Virus record (IMG/VR): IMGVR_UViG_2061766007_000763
Reading direction: 5' to 3' (one strand)
From: an uncultured virus (IMG/VR IMGVR_UViG_2061766007_000763)
Taxonomy: Duplodnaviria; Heunggongvirae; Uroviricota; Caudoviricetes
DNA length: 20,000 nucleotides
This document shows positions 7,915 through 18,176 of this stretch, piece by piece. Positions within the stretch are counted from its first letter, which is position 1. Each line of letters starts with the position of its first letter. The notes below the pieces were generated by a model. That model was not told the origin of the DNA, ran no database searches, and worked only from the letters and a program-made list of their open reading frames with translations. Position numbers and translations under genes: made by a program.

Positions 7915-8385
7915 CTAAGATTTTTTTTCGTTACACTTTCTTTTGGGTACGGGAAAAGCGGAGCCATCAGCATTGCATTTCTTGATGAAATCTTCCATCT
8001 CATGCCATATCCAATCTCCGCACTCCACTATCTGACCGACTGAGAATGTTTTCGTGTGGTCATATTTGGTTTTGAAAAAAGAGCAAAGGTCCTCAAGCGT
8101 TGGAGTGTTGATTGTGAAAAGCTCAAAAGAATCAACGCAAATCTCGTCCGAATTGCGGTGCTCATAAACGGCATAATTCATCTGCTTGATTCCGTAGTGA
8201 AGAGAGAACACATATCCTTGCTCTCGGCAGTTCTCAAGTCGGCCTACCTCAATATTCGCCATGTAGCGTTCTTTTTCTTTGTCCCAAGAATTATCAATGA
8301 TATTCTCTTTAAAATATCTCAGATAAGCTAATACACACTGCGCCTGCCAGTTTGCGCCATCATCTAAATAGTTTTTAATTTCCAT
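7915..8385 (-). CDS. Hypothetical protein
   Basis: 156-aa ORF with AT-rich leader. Confidence 0.8.
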   Translation of the reverse strand: MEIKNYLDDGANWQAQCVLAYLRYFKENIIDNSWDKEKERYMANIEVGRLENCREQGYVFSLHYGIKQMNYAVYEHRNSDEICVDSFELFTINTPTLEDLCSFFKTKYDHTKTFSVGQIVECGDWIWHEMEDFIKKCNADGSAFPVPKRKCNEKKS

Positions 8386-8401
8386 AATTTTATTGATTTA
8401 G

Positions 8402-8674
8402 TTAAAACATTCTATCTGCATAAACAAGCCCGTTTTTATCGCGAACCTGATAGGATGACATTTCATACTCCATACCATAGCTCTTGCAGACCTCTTTTTG
8501 ATGGTTAGCAATATGAGTTATCTGTACGAAAGCATTAATTACCCCGTTAAGGCTGTAAATAAACTCGGCCTTCATTACGTTCTGCAACCGATAATCAATC
8601 GGATGATACTTTTTATCGCCCGGCCTCTTGCGGTAAATGCAGAGAAACAAATCAACTCGTTTTTCGTTTGCCAT
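8402..8674 (-). CDS. Hypothetical protein
   Basis: Start MANEKRV placed by the junction motif. Confidence 0.7.
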   Translation of the reverse strand: MANEKRVDLFLCIYRKRPGDKKYHPIDYRLQNVMKAEFIYSLNGVINAFVQITHIANHQKEVCKSYGMEYEMSSYQVRDKNGLVYADRMF

Positions 8675-8731
8675 AATTGTAGTTTTTATGTGAAACATTT
8701 GTGGATAGGGCGATGTCACTCGCCCGTGTCC

Positions 8732-8992
8732 TCAGCATTCGCCCAGCGGCTTTAATCCTACATACTGATATTCAGCGTCACCGGTGCCGTTTTTCTTGAA
8801 CGTTTGATAGAGTGCACAACCACGTTCGGTATCATGCGAATATGCCTCGCCCGGCTGGAAGATTCCTCTCTCCCAAGTTGCAGGCGGTAAAGAACCGCAC
8901 AAATCCCAAAAGACTTCATTTGAGATAAACTGACCGACTTGAACCTTGAGTTCTCCGTCCTTGTTCCATTGCTCCATTGTGTAAACTTCCAT
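8732..8992 (-). CDS. Hypothetical protein
   Basis: 86 aa bounded by hairpin elements; LPP..FQPGEAYSH..YQTF. Confidence 0.8.
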   Translation of the reverse strand: MEVYTMEQWNKDGELKVQVGQFISNEVFWDLCGSLPPATWERGIFQPGEAYSHDTERGCALYQTFKKNGTGDAEYQYVGLKPLGEC

Positions 8993-9170
8993 AATCGTAA
9001 AAATTCAGTGAATAATTCGTTTGGCCGCACGCAACTTGTTCAGCAGTTGCGTGCGTAGAGGATAAATCGCCCTATTTGCTCGTTCTTTTTCGCTACAATC
9101 AAATATCTTCTTTTTGACGTAGGATTTACCGACTGAGAAAAGAAATGCGATTGTGCGTCAATTTTCGAGG

Positions 9171-9338
9171 TCATTCGTTGCCGGTGTAATTCGGAGTGAT
9201 TTTGTAACTGAAGGCGTAGTCGTTTTTTACGTACCATCTTCCTTCGCTTATGGCCTCCGTTTTCGTAGGATAAATCTTACGGAAATAGACGGCTCCATCT
9301 TTGTTCTTGCATTCGAGCAAGGTTCGGATTGGTTTCAT
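9171..9338 (-). CDS. Hypothetical protein, 55 aa
   Basis: Manual translation MKPIRTLLECKNKDGAVYFRKIYPTKTEAISEGRWYVKNDYAFSYKITPNYTGNE*; preceded by TTAACC motif. Confidence 0.65.
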   Translation of the reverse strand: MKPIRTLLECKNKDGAVYFRKIYPTKTEAISEGRWYVKNDYAFSYKITPNYTGNE

Positions 9339-9359
9339 ATCAAAAGTAAGGTTAAGTTA

Positions 9360-9927
9360 TTAAAAATCGAAATACTCCTTTGCTATATCAATAACTCGTC
9401 TTAAACCGTCATAGCGACCTTGTGTGTAAAAGGTCGGTGCGACATCCCATTCATGCTTTGCCAGCTCANNNNNNNNNNACATTGTCTGTATCGACTTCAT
9501 AATCGCCGGTCAAATCGTACTGATTATTTTCATGCCAAATATAACCGCATTCATGGTAGGTATAATAGACCTCCAAATCGGCATCCCAATCAAACTGGGC
9601 ACCCTCATAATAACCAGACTTGGTGTTAGCCTCGATTGCTATCTCTAAATCAATGCCACAAAATCTTAATGATTTTGACTTGCGTGCAAGGACCTTCCAA
9701 TCATCTCGCCATTCCTCGTCAACCGAGTGGTAGCCTTTTTCCTTTAAAAGTTCGATGCAGTTTTCCTGACTCCATTCGAAGTCAAATTCGGTCTGACTTT
9801 CGTCATACTGACCGATGAGGCTTTCATCAAGGTCATTATCCTTAATGGTTTCCTCATCATAATACTTGTTGAATCCGTAAGCAAATATCTTGCTCGAATT
9901 ACAACGGCTAAAATTTGGTGTACTCAT
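9360..9927 (-). CDS. Acidic hypothetical protein with SGYYEG motif (the part after the gap may be a different gene)
   Basis: ORF from 9927 to the gap at 9469-9478; open frame ELAKHEW..KEYFDF* after the gap. Confidence 0.7.
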
Positions 9928-9987
9928 AACTAATGAATTAAAGGTTGTGGGCCCCGAAAAACCATCACGTTTTCCGGAGTCAAATTG

Positions 9988-10284
9988 TCAGTCCTCGTCA
10001 TAGCAATCTCCATCGCAGATATTTCCAGCCGCAATCCAAACGATATACATGTTCAACTTTTTGCGGTCAAAACTCTTAACATTTTCGATGCCGTAATCCT
10101 TCAGCACTTTCTTAATTTGTTCGGAGCTAATTTTATCAAGTTGTTCCTTGATGTAATCTTCTTCGATTAATTCCTCGACATCTGCGTCACAACTTCCCAT
10201 GTGACAACCGCGCTGGGCATCCTCTTCTTTCATTTTGATTTCAAAGGTCCCTAAATGCCACGCATCAAATTCCGTTACTTTCAT
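9988..10284 (-). CDS. Acidic hypothetical protein, paralog of 13684..14157
   Basis: Shared FDAWxxGTFxIKM, LIEEDYI, VLKDYGIE, MYIVWxAAG. Confidence 0.85.
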   Translation of the reverse strand: MKVTEFDAWHLGTFEIKMKEEDAQRGCHMGSCDADVEELIEEDYIKEQLDKISSEQIKKVLKDYGIENVKSFDRKKLNMYIVWIAAGNICDGDCYDED

Positions 10285-10357
10285 AAGCCATAATATTTAG
10301 TGAATTAATGATGGTGAAAACAGATGACATTCAGCCATCCGTTTTCCTGCAGGTTTC

Positions 10358-10580
10358 TCACGAGTTTACCGCAAAGGCATTTCTGAGGTTTCCATGAGCC
10401 GAAATAAGATATTCAATATGCCCGTCAATTACTTCCTTGAAATACTCCGGAGAATCGAACGTTGTTCGGTCCATTGAAAATTCATCGTTGTCAGGCAGAT
10501 TAGTAACATTGCAATTTTTGCGGATGTATTTGTCGGTATGCCAAGCCNNNNNNNNNNAGAAAGTCTTCCATATTCGCCAT
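10358..10580 (-). CDS. Hypothetical protein (start 10580 or 10571)
   Basis: Bounded by hairpin elements; joined across a short N gap. Confidence 0.65.
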
Positions 10581-10631
10581 ATTTTAGTGAAACAATTTGT
10601 GCAAGAGGGAGAACCAAATCTCCCTCTCGTT

Positions 10632-11087
10632 TTAGCCGTAGATAACCTCGCCGAAAACGATAATCTGCATGAGGTTGTCTGCATCGTTAAGGTCGAAGTC
10701 CACGCAATCGTTCTCTGCAAAATTGCTGAAACTTTTACGGCAATAAGGCTCCGTGCTTGAGGCAGCTTTTGCAAGGCCATTTTCTATGTCCTTCAGAGTG
10801 ATTGTATAATCCATCCGTTCACAATCCTCATCCCACATGTGCTCGATTTTGCCGTAATAATCGCCTGCTTCTTCAGCATACATATCGGAGACGGTAATCT
10901 TACCTCCGTTTAAGAGTATTTTTGCGAGCTTATCCTCAAAGCAGTCATTCTGAGCTGCAAAAGGCTTACCATCATAATCATCGTAGTTGTAGTCAACTGC
11001 GAAGATAGAACTGCCGTAAAAAGCGGTACTAAAGAGATTCACCAAATCTGCATGGGTAATCTCAGTGATTTTTGTTTCAATTTTCAT
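10632..11087 (-). CDS. Acidic hypothetical protein
   Basis: 151 aa ending DADNLMQIIVFGEVIYG; bounded by hairpin elements. Confidence 0.85.
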   Translation of the reverse strand: MKIETKITEITHADLVNLFSTAFYGSSIFAVDYNYDDYDGKPFAAQNDCFEDKLAKILLNGGKITVSDMYAEEAGDYYGKIEHMWDEDCERMDYTITLKDIENGLAKAASSTEPYCRKSFSNFAENDCVDFDLNDADNLMQIIVFGEVIYG

Positions 11088-11147
11088 AGCCGTTGTTGTT
11101 AGTGAATAAAAATAGTCAGAAAGCGGAGAACAAACTCCGCTTTCCGT

Positions 11148-11546
11148 TCAGTCGATAAACTCGGTAAAATCTATCTTTTCCGCAGGTATGTTTCCTCTCA
11201 TGGGTTTTTTGGAGAAAACATAGGTCACAACATTGGTCGTAACATTCTTGCTGCCATAGATGAAATACCCAGCATTTTGGAGAACTTCAAATGCAGTTTT
11301 CATTTCCTCAGTTCTGATTCTAATGGGGTCTGAATANNNNNNNNNNCATTTGCCATCTTTATAAAAGTTAATATATAATTGGTAAAAACCCGAAGTAGGT
11401 TTCAATTTTATATCGAAACCTCGCTCTTTAAAAACTTCATACCCCATGTTCTTTACGATTTCTTCGCAGATTGACTGCACTACTTCTTGTCTTACTTCGG
11501 TCGGCTGTACGTAATCGTTTGCCGGAATGTTGATTTTAATCTCCAT
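11148..11546 (-). CDS. Hypothetical protein
   Basis: 132 aa bounded by hairpin elements. Confidence 0.8.
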   Translation of the reverse strand: MEIKINIPANDYVQPTEVRQEVVQSICEEIVKNMGYEVFKERGFDIKLKPTSGFYQLYINFYKDGKXXXXYSDPIRIRTEEMKTAFEVLQNAGYFIYGSKNVTTNVVTYVFSKKPMRGNIPAEKIDFTEFID

Positions 11547-11610
11547 AACTAAACTGATTTAGGTTAAACAAAATTGGTGACGAAAGCGGAACCTAATCCG
11601 CTCTCGTTTT

Positions 11611-12234
11611 TTAAGACACGTAGTACATGAAATCTATTAGTGCTTTTTTGAGGTGCAATGAATCTGTTTTGTAATCACATTGACCAGCCAGCGGAACTCT
11701 TCTCGAAATATCCCATCTATCTCCATATCGCTCAATTACAAGGCTTCCGGCATAGAAATTATTCTTACCATATCTCACCACTATTGCATTGTAGCATGGA
11801 TAGTTTGATTCCAAAATCCTTTTTCCGTATTCAACTTTGATGCTGGTTATTGAAGTGAAAAACTTCTTGTAACGTTCATACTCAACCGAATGGGTCTCTT
11901 TATTCTCCCACGACTGAGCAAATTTTATCATTGGTTCAATGCACAAATTTAGGGCCTCTTCAGTCGTTTTGCAGGCATCTATCTTTGTAGCAAAATCTTC
12001 AACTTTTTTTATTCTCCTTTCAGCGATAGAAATCATTAGGTCCTCACTTTCCTTACTAAAGCAACCTTGATATTTATTCCTTCCTTCACCTTCAGAAAAG
12101 CAAACCCATCCGGGGTATGCAAAGTCAATCTTTTTACCAAACCACTTTTCGAGCTCTTTCAACTCTTCTTCGTTATACATGGTTTCTTCGCCCAAATCTT
12201 CGAGCCGATTGCACATCTCTTTTAATCTACACAT
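11611..12234 (-). CDS. Hypothetical protein
   Basis: 207 aa from ATG 12234; bounded by hairpin elements. Confidence 0.8.
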   Translation of the reverse strand: MCRLKEMCNRLEDLGEETMYNEEELKELEKWFGKKIDFAYPGWVCFSEGEGRNKYQGCFSKESEDLMISIAERRIKKVEDFATKIDACKTTEEALNLCIEPMIKFAQSWENKETHSVEYERYKKFFTSITSIKVEYGKRILESNYPCYNAIVVRYGKNNFYAGSLVIERYGDRWDISRRVPLAGQCDYKTDSLHLKKALIDFMYYVS

Positions 12235-12298
12235 AATCAATTTTATTTTAGGTTAACAAATTGTGAGTGCATCTTCGTTCAAAAAGATGCACCCGAAA

Positions 12299-12619
12299 TC
12301 ACTCTTTCCAATAGAACTTCTGAACGAGCCCGTGTTCATCTCCCGTTATGAGGGAATAAAGATTGGAATTTGGGTCCTCTTTTTCGGCCAGCCTTCTCCT
12401 CAGCACTTTTATAGAGTCTTGGCGGTCCAGCCATGCCTCCTCATAAAAGGACCAAATTATTACGTTATCATGCCATGATGCCATAGCCGGAGAATGGTCT
12501 ATGAAACCAAGGATTCTTTTGCGGTCCTTGGTGCCATTCCCATAGTCAAATACTTCTACAATCCAATCCTCCATGACGTTTTTGTCGTCAATCGGAGCAG
12601 GTTTCAAATTCTTGCTCAT
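12299..12619 (-). CDS. Hypothetical protein
   Basis: Start MSKNLK shortly after the previous stop. Confidence 0.75.
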   Translation of the reverse strand: MSKNLKPAPIDDKNVMEDWIVEVFDYGNGTKDRKRILGFIDHSPAMASWHDNVIIWSFYEEAWLDRQDSIKVLRRRLAEKEDPNSNLYSLITGDEHGLVQKFYWKE

Positions 12620-12630
12620 ATCGTTCAGTT

Positions 12631-12873
12631 TTAAAGTTTGAAAAATACATCTTCTTCGGTTCCGAAATCCAACCACCATTCTTCGGCGAGGTTGTTCTCT
12701 TCTCCGTACTCGTTCAAAAGGTCGCGAATTTTATCGCAAATTCCAGTACCGGTAGATGTCATGTTCAAAGGGCATCTCATTCGGTCTATCATATCCAATG
12801 CGACTTCTTCCTCCGCATCGGTCCACGTCTTTTTCTCTCTGACGTAGTCAATAGCTTTTTTCCAATGATTCAT
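12631..12873 (-). CDS. Acidic hypothetical protein
   Basis: 80 aa following a junction element. Confidence 0.8.
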   Translation of the reverse strand: MNHWKKAIDYVREKKTWTDAEEEVALDMIDRMRCPLNMTSTGTGICDKIRDLLNEYGEENNLAEEWWLDFGTEEDVFFKL

Positions 12874-12932
12874 AACTTTTTTTTAGGTTAAATTTGTTGC
12901 AGTGGCCCGGGCCCACCGAACCACTGCATTTT

Positions 12933-13613
12933 TCACTTCTTGTCTGCGTCCACGATTATCCAATCCATTCCTTCGTCATAAAGGAGAGGCATAATTAGAG
13001 CCCAACTTCCGTCCTCGCATTCGGTCATTGCTGCATGGTTGTAATCCTCAAAACTGATTTTGAAGTTGTTTTTCATCTCCAAGAAACCGCAGAACTTCTT
13101 GAAGTTGTCAAGGTCAAAATAGCACTGGTTTCCAATTCTGATAACGCAGCGCGGAACGTATCCCTTGCCAGCCGCTTTCTTGCGTGCCTTGTGCTCGCGT
13201 AAAGCGTCATACACTTTCTCGGTGTCAACCTCGACCTCATTCTTGTTGTTCTTTGGCTTGCAGACTTTGTAATTCGGATAACGGCCATCAACTGACTCTC
13301 CGAATTTGTCGATGATTTTGCCTTCAAGTTCAGGCTCATAATCGGACTTCAAACATACGAGTATGTGTCCGTCACTTGCAACGTCATATCCATTATCATG
13401 GAAAACGCCGTTCATGACGGGGCGCAAAGCATCATCGGAAACCCAATCATAAATATTGAACTTACCGACACTACGCGGAGTCTCCAAAAAGATGACTCGG
13501 TTTATGCAAGCTCTAACGAGCTCTGCATTCTTCTTCAGAATATCGGCATTCTCCTCGCTGGGATTCAACCAATTCAGTGCACTACGCAATTCGCTTAAAG
13601 ATTCATTCTTCAT
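12933..13613 (-). CDS. Protein with a DNA polymerase III beta-clamp-like domain
   Basis: SDDALRPVMNGVF..VASDGHIL..VDGRYPNY resembles the DnaN central-domain motifs RP.L.G, VATDGHRL, G.YP.Y; 226 aa, shorter than a full clamp. Confidence 0.65.
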   Translation of the reverse strand: MKNESLSELRSALNWLNPSEENADILKKNAELVRACINRVIFLETPRSVGKFNIYDWVSDDALRPVMNGVFHDNGYDVASDGHILVCLKSDYEPELEGKIIDKFGESVDGRYPNYKVCKPKNNKNEVEVDTEKVYDALREHKARKKAAGKGYVPRCVIRIGNQCYFDLDNFKKFCGFLEMKNNFKISFEDYNHAAMTECEDGSWALIMPLLYDEGMDWIIVDADKK

Positions 13614-13683
13614 AACTACTTTAATTTTAAGTTAAACAATAAGTTGTGATTTGAGGGCCGTTCAAAGCCCTCAAACCTTTGCA

Positions 13684-14157
13684 TTATCCGACCTTGTAAT
13701 AAATGGCCTCTCCGTTACTAAAAATCCCACCGCAAACCAGCTCATGTTCGCAGCACTGCTCAAAGACATCTTCGACCTCCCTGATGAGTTCGTCACGAAC
13801 CTCGCGTATTTTCTTTATCAGTTTTTCGGCATGGATTTTGCTCAGTCCTTTGTTGTCCAACCAATTATCGTCAATATCGTCACAATTTCCGTCAATAATA
13901 TCTCCGGCTGCAAGCCATACGATATACATCTCTAATTCGTGACGTGTTTTTGAATCGGCATCCTCTATGCCGTAATCCTTCAAAACCTCGGCCATTTGTT
14001 CATCGCTGATTTCATCCAATTGTTTGCGGATGTAATCTTCTTCGATAAGCTGCTCGCAATCGTAGTCACAANNNNNNNNNNNNNNNNNNNNNNNNNNNNN
14101 NGTCATCTTAATTGAAAACGTACCGAATTTCCATGCGTCAAATACCACTAATTTCAT
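13684..14157 (-). CDS. Acidic hypothetical protein, paralog of 9988..10284 with C-terminal extension
   Basis: Aligned by eye; extension ends GIFSNGEAIYYKVG. Confidence 0.85.
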   Translation of the reverse strand: MKLVVFDAWKFGTFSIKMXXXXXXXXXXXCDYDCEQLIEEDYIRKQLDEISDEQMAEVLKDYGIEDADSKTRHELEMYIVWLAAGDIIDGNCDDIDDNWLDNKGLSKIHAEKLIKKIREVRDELIREVEDVFEQCCEHELVCGGIFSNGEAIYYKVG

Positions 14158-14220
14158 AGTCATTTTTGTTAAGTGAATAAATTGTGGCCCGAAAAACATT
14201 CACGTTTATCGGACCTGTTT

Positions 14221-14956
14221 TTAGTCATCCGCCCACCGCACTGATTTGTACGGGCCACCATCGATATTTTCGGAGCCTGAAATCCAGTGCGNNNNNNNNN
14301 NNNNNNNNNNNNNNNNNNNNNNNNNNNNNNNNNNNNNNNNNNNNNNNNNNNNNNNNNNNNNNNNNNNNNNNNNNNNNNNNNNNNNNNNNNNNNNNNNNNN
14401 NNNNNNNNNNNNNNNNNNNNNNNNNNNNNNNNNNNNNNNNNNNNNNNNNNNNNNNNNNNNNNNNNNNNNNNNNNNNNNNNNNNNNNNNNNNNNNNNNNNN
14501 NNNNNNNNNNNNNNNNNNNNNNNNNNNNNNNNNNNNNNNNNNNNNNNNNNNNNNNNNNNNNNNNNNNNNNNNNNNNNNNNNNNNNNNNNNNNNNNNNNNN
14601 NNNNNNNNNNNNNNNNNNNNNNNNNNNNNNNNNNNNNNNNNNNNNNNNNNNNNNNNNNNNNNNNNNNNNNNNNNNNNNNNNNNNNNNNNNNNNNNNNNNN
14701 NNNNNNNNNNNNNNNNNNNNNNNNNNNNNNNNNNNNNNNNNNNNNNNNNNNNNNNNNNNNNNNNNNNNNNNNNNNNNNNNNNNNNNNNNNNNNNNNNNNN
14801 NNNNNNNNNNNNNNNNNNNNNNNNNNNNNNNNNNNNNNNNNNNNNNNNNNNNNNNNNNNNNNNNNNNNNNNNNNNNNNNNNNNNNNNNNNNNAGGTCTTA
14901 GGCTCATGGCCTTTTTCGCGTGAATAATTCAGAGGGATGATTCTTACTTTTGCCAT
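14221..14956 (-). CDS. One or more hypothetical genes, mostly hidden by a ~600-nt N gap
   Basis: Start MAKVRIIPLNYSREKGHEPKT after a junction element; stops just before the next hairpin. Confidence 0.45.
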
Positions 14957-15016
14957 AGTGATAAAATTTGGTGAATAAATATAGCTCGTAGCGGACTATC
15001 AAATCCGCTACGATTT

Positions 15017-15408
15017 TTACTTAATAGTNNNNNNNNNNNNNNNNNNNNNNNNNNNNNNNNNNNNNNNTCTTTATAGTAGCACGTAACCTTATATCCGTCT
15101 TTGGTCAGATATTTGGCTAAGGTTATCATCTCTTTGTAGTAGATGTTCAAGCGTATGTTTTTCAGCTTGCCCCAAAAGATGCTCTCGAAGTCTCCGTCTT
15201 TCAAGCATCTTTTCAGATGCGGTTCGTCAACGAAAAAGCACAGCAGATTATGTCTCCAAGGCAGCTCCGGATTTTCGGGATTTTCTTCCTTGTAAATGTG
15301 GAGGAATGCTGCGAGACAATTACTCTGTCTGATTTGGATAGGAAATTTGTTCCCGTTTTGTACTAACGTCAATCGTCCGATTGTTGTTCCTGAATAACGT
15401 AATGCCAT
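15017..15408 (-). CDS. Hypothetical protein (3' end approximate)
   Basis: ORF from 15408 into the N gap; expected to stop before the hairpin at 14986-15013. Confidence 0.75.
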
Positions 15409-15475
15409 AATAGTTTGAATTTAGGTGAATAAATATGGTCCCATTACGGATATTCAAATCCGCAATGGTTTTTGG

Positions 15476-15595
15476 TCAGCAAGGAGGATTGGGTTCACAC
15501 TCCTCTATTTCACATACAACTAAGTAATCCCCATAGGTATATTCTCCTTTCAGGTACCTTTCCCATGCAATTTCGTCTGCCGTTTTATCGTCCAT
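15476..15595 (-). CDS. Acidic microprotein, 39 aa
   Basis: MDDKTADEIAWERYLKGEYTYGDYLVVCEIEECEPNPPC* exactly fills the space between two junction elements. Confidence 0.7.
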   Translation of the reverse strand: MDDKTADEIAWERYLKGEYTYGDYLVVCEIEECEPNPPC

Positions 15596-15663
15596 AACAT
15601 TTGATGTTTAATAGGTTAAATAATGCTCCGGAATGGTCTATTAAAACCATTCCGAATTGTTGC

Positions 15664-15828
15664 TCAGATTTGAATCCAAGGAGCGTCTATCAAATCGCCC
15701 AGACAAGTTTGGTAGTTTTGTTTTGCCGAATCCATGTGGTCATGTTGGCAGTCATTTATCATCTGTCTTAAAGCGTTACACACAAGTTCATAATTGAACT
15801 CATCAAGTAAGATTCTTTTTGCTTTCAT
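15664..15828 (-). CDS. Hypothetical protein, 54 aa
   Basis: MKAKRILLDEFNYELVCNALRQMINDCQHDHMDSAKQNYQTCLGDLIDAPWIQI*; stop precedes a hairpin. Confidence 0.7.
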   Translation of the reverse strand: MKAKRILLDEFNYELVCNALRQMINDCQHDHMDSAKQNYQTCLGDLIDAPWIQI

Positions 15829-15832
15829 AATT

Positions 15833-16182
15833 TTAATCGTTTACGCAGGCATAATATGCCTCGTTAATCATCTCGACCAAATTGGTCAGGCCAGCCAGCC
15901 TATCATCCGAGTCGAAATAATAGGGGTAAAATTCGGTGCGTGAAACGGAGGTGTTTCCGCGATTGCAGTTCGATACCGAAACAAAGCCCTTGTNNNNNNN
16001 NNNNNNNAAAATCTGCCGCATGAAGTCGATACTTGTTTGCCTATCGAAATGACAGCCTTTGCAGGGTCATAAAGTTGGTCAACCAACTGCTTCACGATTT
16101 TGACCACTTTCTCTTCGCCCAAATCGTCCACGATGTCATAGCACTCATTCGAGAGCACTTCCTTGATGTCATTTACGTCCAT
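15833..16182 (-). CDS. Hypothetical protein (joined across N gap)
   Basis: MDVNDIKEV..CGRF, gap, KGFVSVS..YACVND*. Confidence 0.7.
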
Positions 16183-16248
16183 AATCTCAAATTGTTTTAG
16201 TGAATAAATAATTGTGAGCGAATGCCGGCCAAAGCATTCGCCCTATGT

Positions 16249-16509
16249 TCAGTCCTCAAAATAGGAGTCAAGAAGGCAGAGAGAAAACTTCTCGTCTTTT
16301 GTGTCTGTGGAAGTGGGCACATTTCCTTCGTAGAAATACACCGGAATACCCTTCTCTTTATTGTAGTAGTCTCTATGCCTCGTCACCCTACCTCCTTTTT
16401 CCTTAATCCAATAGAGGTCATCTTTCAGTGCGTTTTTCGCGTTATCCAAGTCTTGAAAATATCGGTCAGTTTTTCGACCGCCGATGTTTTTGCGGTAAAC
16501 CCAAAACAT
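16249..16509 (-). CDS. Hypothetical protein
   Basis: 86 aa; stop precedes a hairpin. Confidence 0.75.
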   Translation of the reverse strand: MFWVYRKNIGGRKTDRYFQDLDNAKNALKDDLYWIKEKGGRVTRHRDYYNKEKGIPVYFYEGNVPTSTDTKDEKFSLCLLDSYFED

Positions 16510-16512
16510 AAT

Positions 16513-16801
16513 TCAACCGATTTTATAGAGATAAATCAAGTCATCACCCTGCTCTATTTCTGNNNNNNNNNNNNNNNNNNNNNNNNNNNNNNNNNNNNNN
16601 NNNNNNNNNNNNNNNNNNNNNNNNNNNNNNNNNNNNNNNNNNNNNNNNNNNNNNNNNNNNNNNNNNNNTCCACCACTCTTCGGTTTGCTGGCCTAATTCC
16701 TCGTTGAACTCAGGCACATCTTTTATGCCCAAAAACTCTCCGTTGATACTCTTCTGGACTATCCAGTCGAGAATCACAAGTCTTTTTGCTTTAATTTCCA
16801 T
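16513..16801 (-). CDS. Hypothetical protein (joined across N gap)
   Basis: MEIKAKRL..EEWW, gap, EIEQGDDLIYLYKIG*. Confidence 0.65.
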
Positions 16802-16869
16802 AATCAAATTTGTTAGTGAATTAATGGTGTGATTCCGGAGTATTTCGCAACTCCGGAACCGAGGCTGAT

Positions 16870-17507
16870 TTAGATACGAATCGGATAGCCTGAGATAATG
16901 CCGTGTTCTTGGATGAAATCTCTGACGTATAAATTCGTCTCTTTTTTGTACTGCTCGATTATCTCCTTCATCTTAATGGCTCTCTTGTAGTCCCTGACGT
17001 AGCATTTCTTGGCGGCTTTTCTCTCCTCGATTCTTTTGTCGAGTATTCCGTCCAATCCGTTTTCCTCACGATACCGCTTGGTTTCGGACCAAGAAACACG
17101 CTGGTCAGAACTAAGAGAAAACTTTACCTCAAGTTCATCATCGAAAATGCGGCCAAAATAATGCTGGATTCTCAGCTTAATTACACCCATGTATTTTTTG
17201 GTCGGATAATCAGTCTCAAAAGTGAGGGTTGAAAAAACGTTGAGTTTAGTGTCCTTCAAGTAACCCTTGATTCTCTCATTGATTTTGTTCGCANNNNNNN
17301 NNNNNNNNNNNNNNNNNNNNNNNNNNNNNNNNNNNNNNNNNNNNNNNNNNNNNNNNNNNNNNNNNNNNNNNNNNNNNNNNNNNNNNNNNNNNNNNTTTCT
17401 TCGCGCTCTCTTTGCTCTTTTCGTTCGGCCAGCATTTGCGCTTGCTCTTCTTCGCTCGCATTCAGAAACTTTTTCTTCCATGCGACATAGTCAAATTTTT
17501 GTTCCAT
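16870..17507 (-). CDS. Hypothetical protein with coiled-coil N-terminus (joined across N gap)
   Basis: MEQKFDYVAW..EQREREE, gap, ANKINERIK..GYPIRI*. Confidence 0.75.
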
Positions 17508-17599
17508 AATCTGATTAAATTAAGTGAGTTAATATTTGCTCCCTCGGAACNNNNNNNNNNNNNNNNNNNNNNNNNNNNNNNNNNNNNNNNNNNNNNNNN

Positions 17600-17786
17600 N
17601 NNNNNNNNNNNNNNNNNNNNNNNNNNNNNNNNNNNNNNNNNNNNNNNNNNNNNNNNNNNNNNNNNNNNNNNNNNNNNNNNNNNNNNNNNNNNNNNNNNNN
17701 GTCGATAATTCAGATTGCGAAATGTTGCGCTGGGCCTTGTTGAAAAACTGCTCGAGAGTTTCGTTCCCGTCAATGCGCATTTTCAT
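17600..17786 (-). CDS. Hypothetical protein, 3' end in N gap
   Basis: MKMRIDGNETLEQFFNKAQRNISQSELS; ATGA overlap with the upstream gene. Confidence 0.55.
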
Positions 17787-18105
17787 CTGGTAAGAATCAC
17801 CCTGACAAATCCNNNNNNNNNNNNNNNNNNNNNNNNNNNNNNNNNNNNNNNNNCGGAACGGAGGCGATATTTATGGAAGGTATCACCCTTCGGATTCATT
17901 GCGCTTGCATCGAGTGCAATTTCGGTGTCGGCTGGGAACTCATTCAAGAGTCGTTTTGCGAGGTCCAAATCGGCCTCGTTACTCGGGTAGATTCTCATAC
18001 CGGATTCCTTCCATCGGTCGAGGGCGAAAAATTCAACGCCGAATCTCGACTCCATTTCGTNNNNNNNNNNNNNNNNNNNNNNNNNNNNNNNNNNNNNNNN
18101 NNNNN
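17783..18105 (-). CDS. Hypothetical protein (start probably in N gap)
   Basis: Open frame MESRFGVEF..; junction motif at 18109-18172 predicts an ATG near 18105. Confidence 0.6.
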
Positions 18106-18176
18106 NNNGTGATAATTGATTAAGTTAAACAATAAAAATAGCTGGCGCGAAATCATTCAAGAAAACGCGCCATAAT

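Noticed and set aside
14184..14927. Long ORFs in several frames, and apparent frameshifts at other N runs
   Set aside because: Artifacts of N gaps; frame changes coincide with gaps, so they are not evidence of pseudogenes or programmed frameshifts
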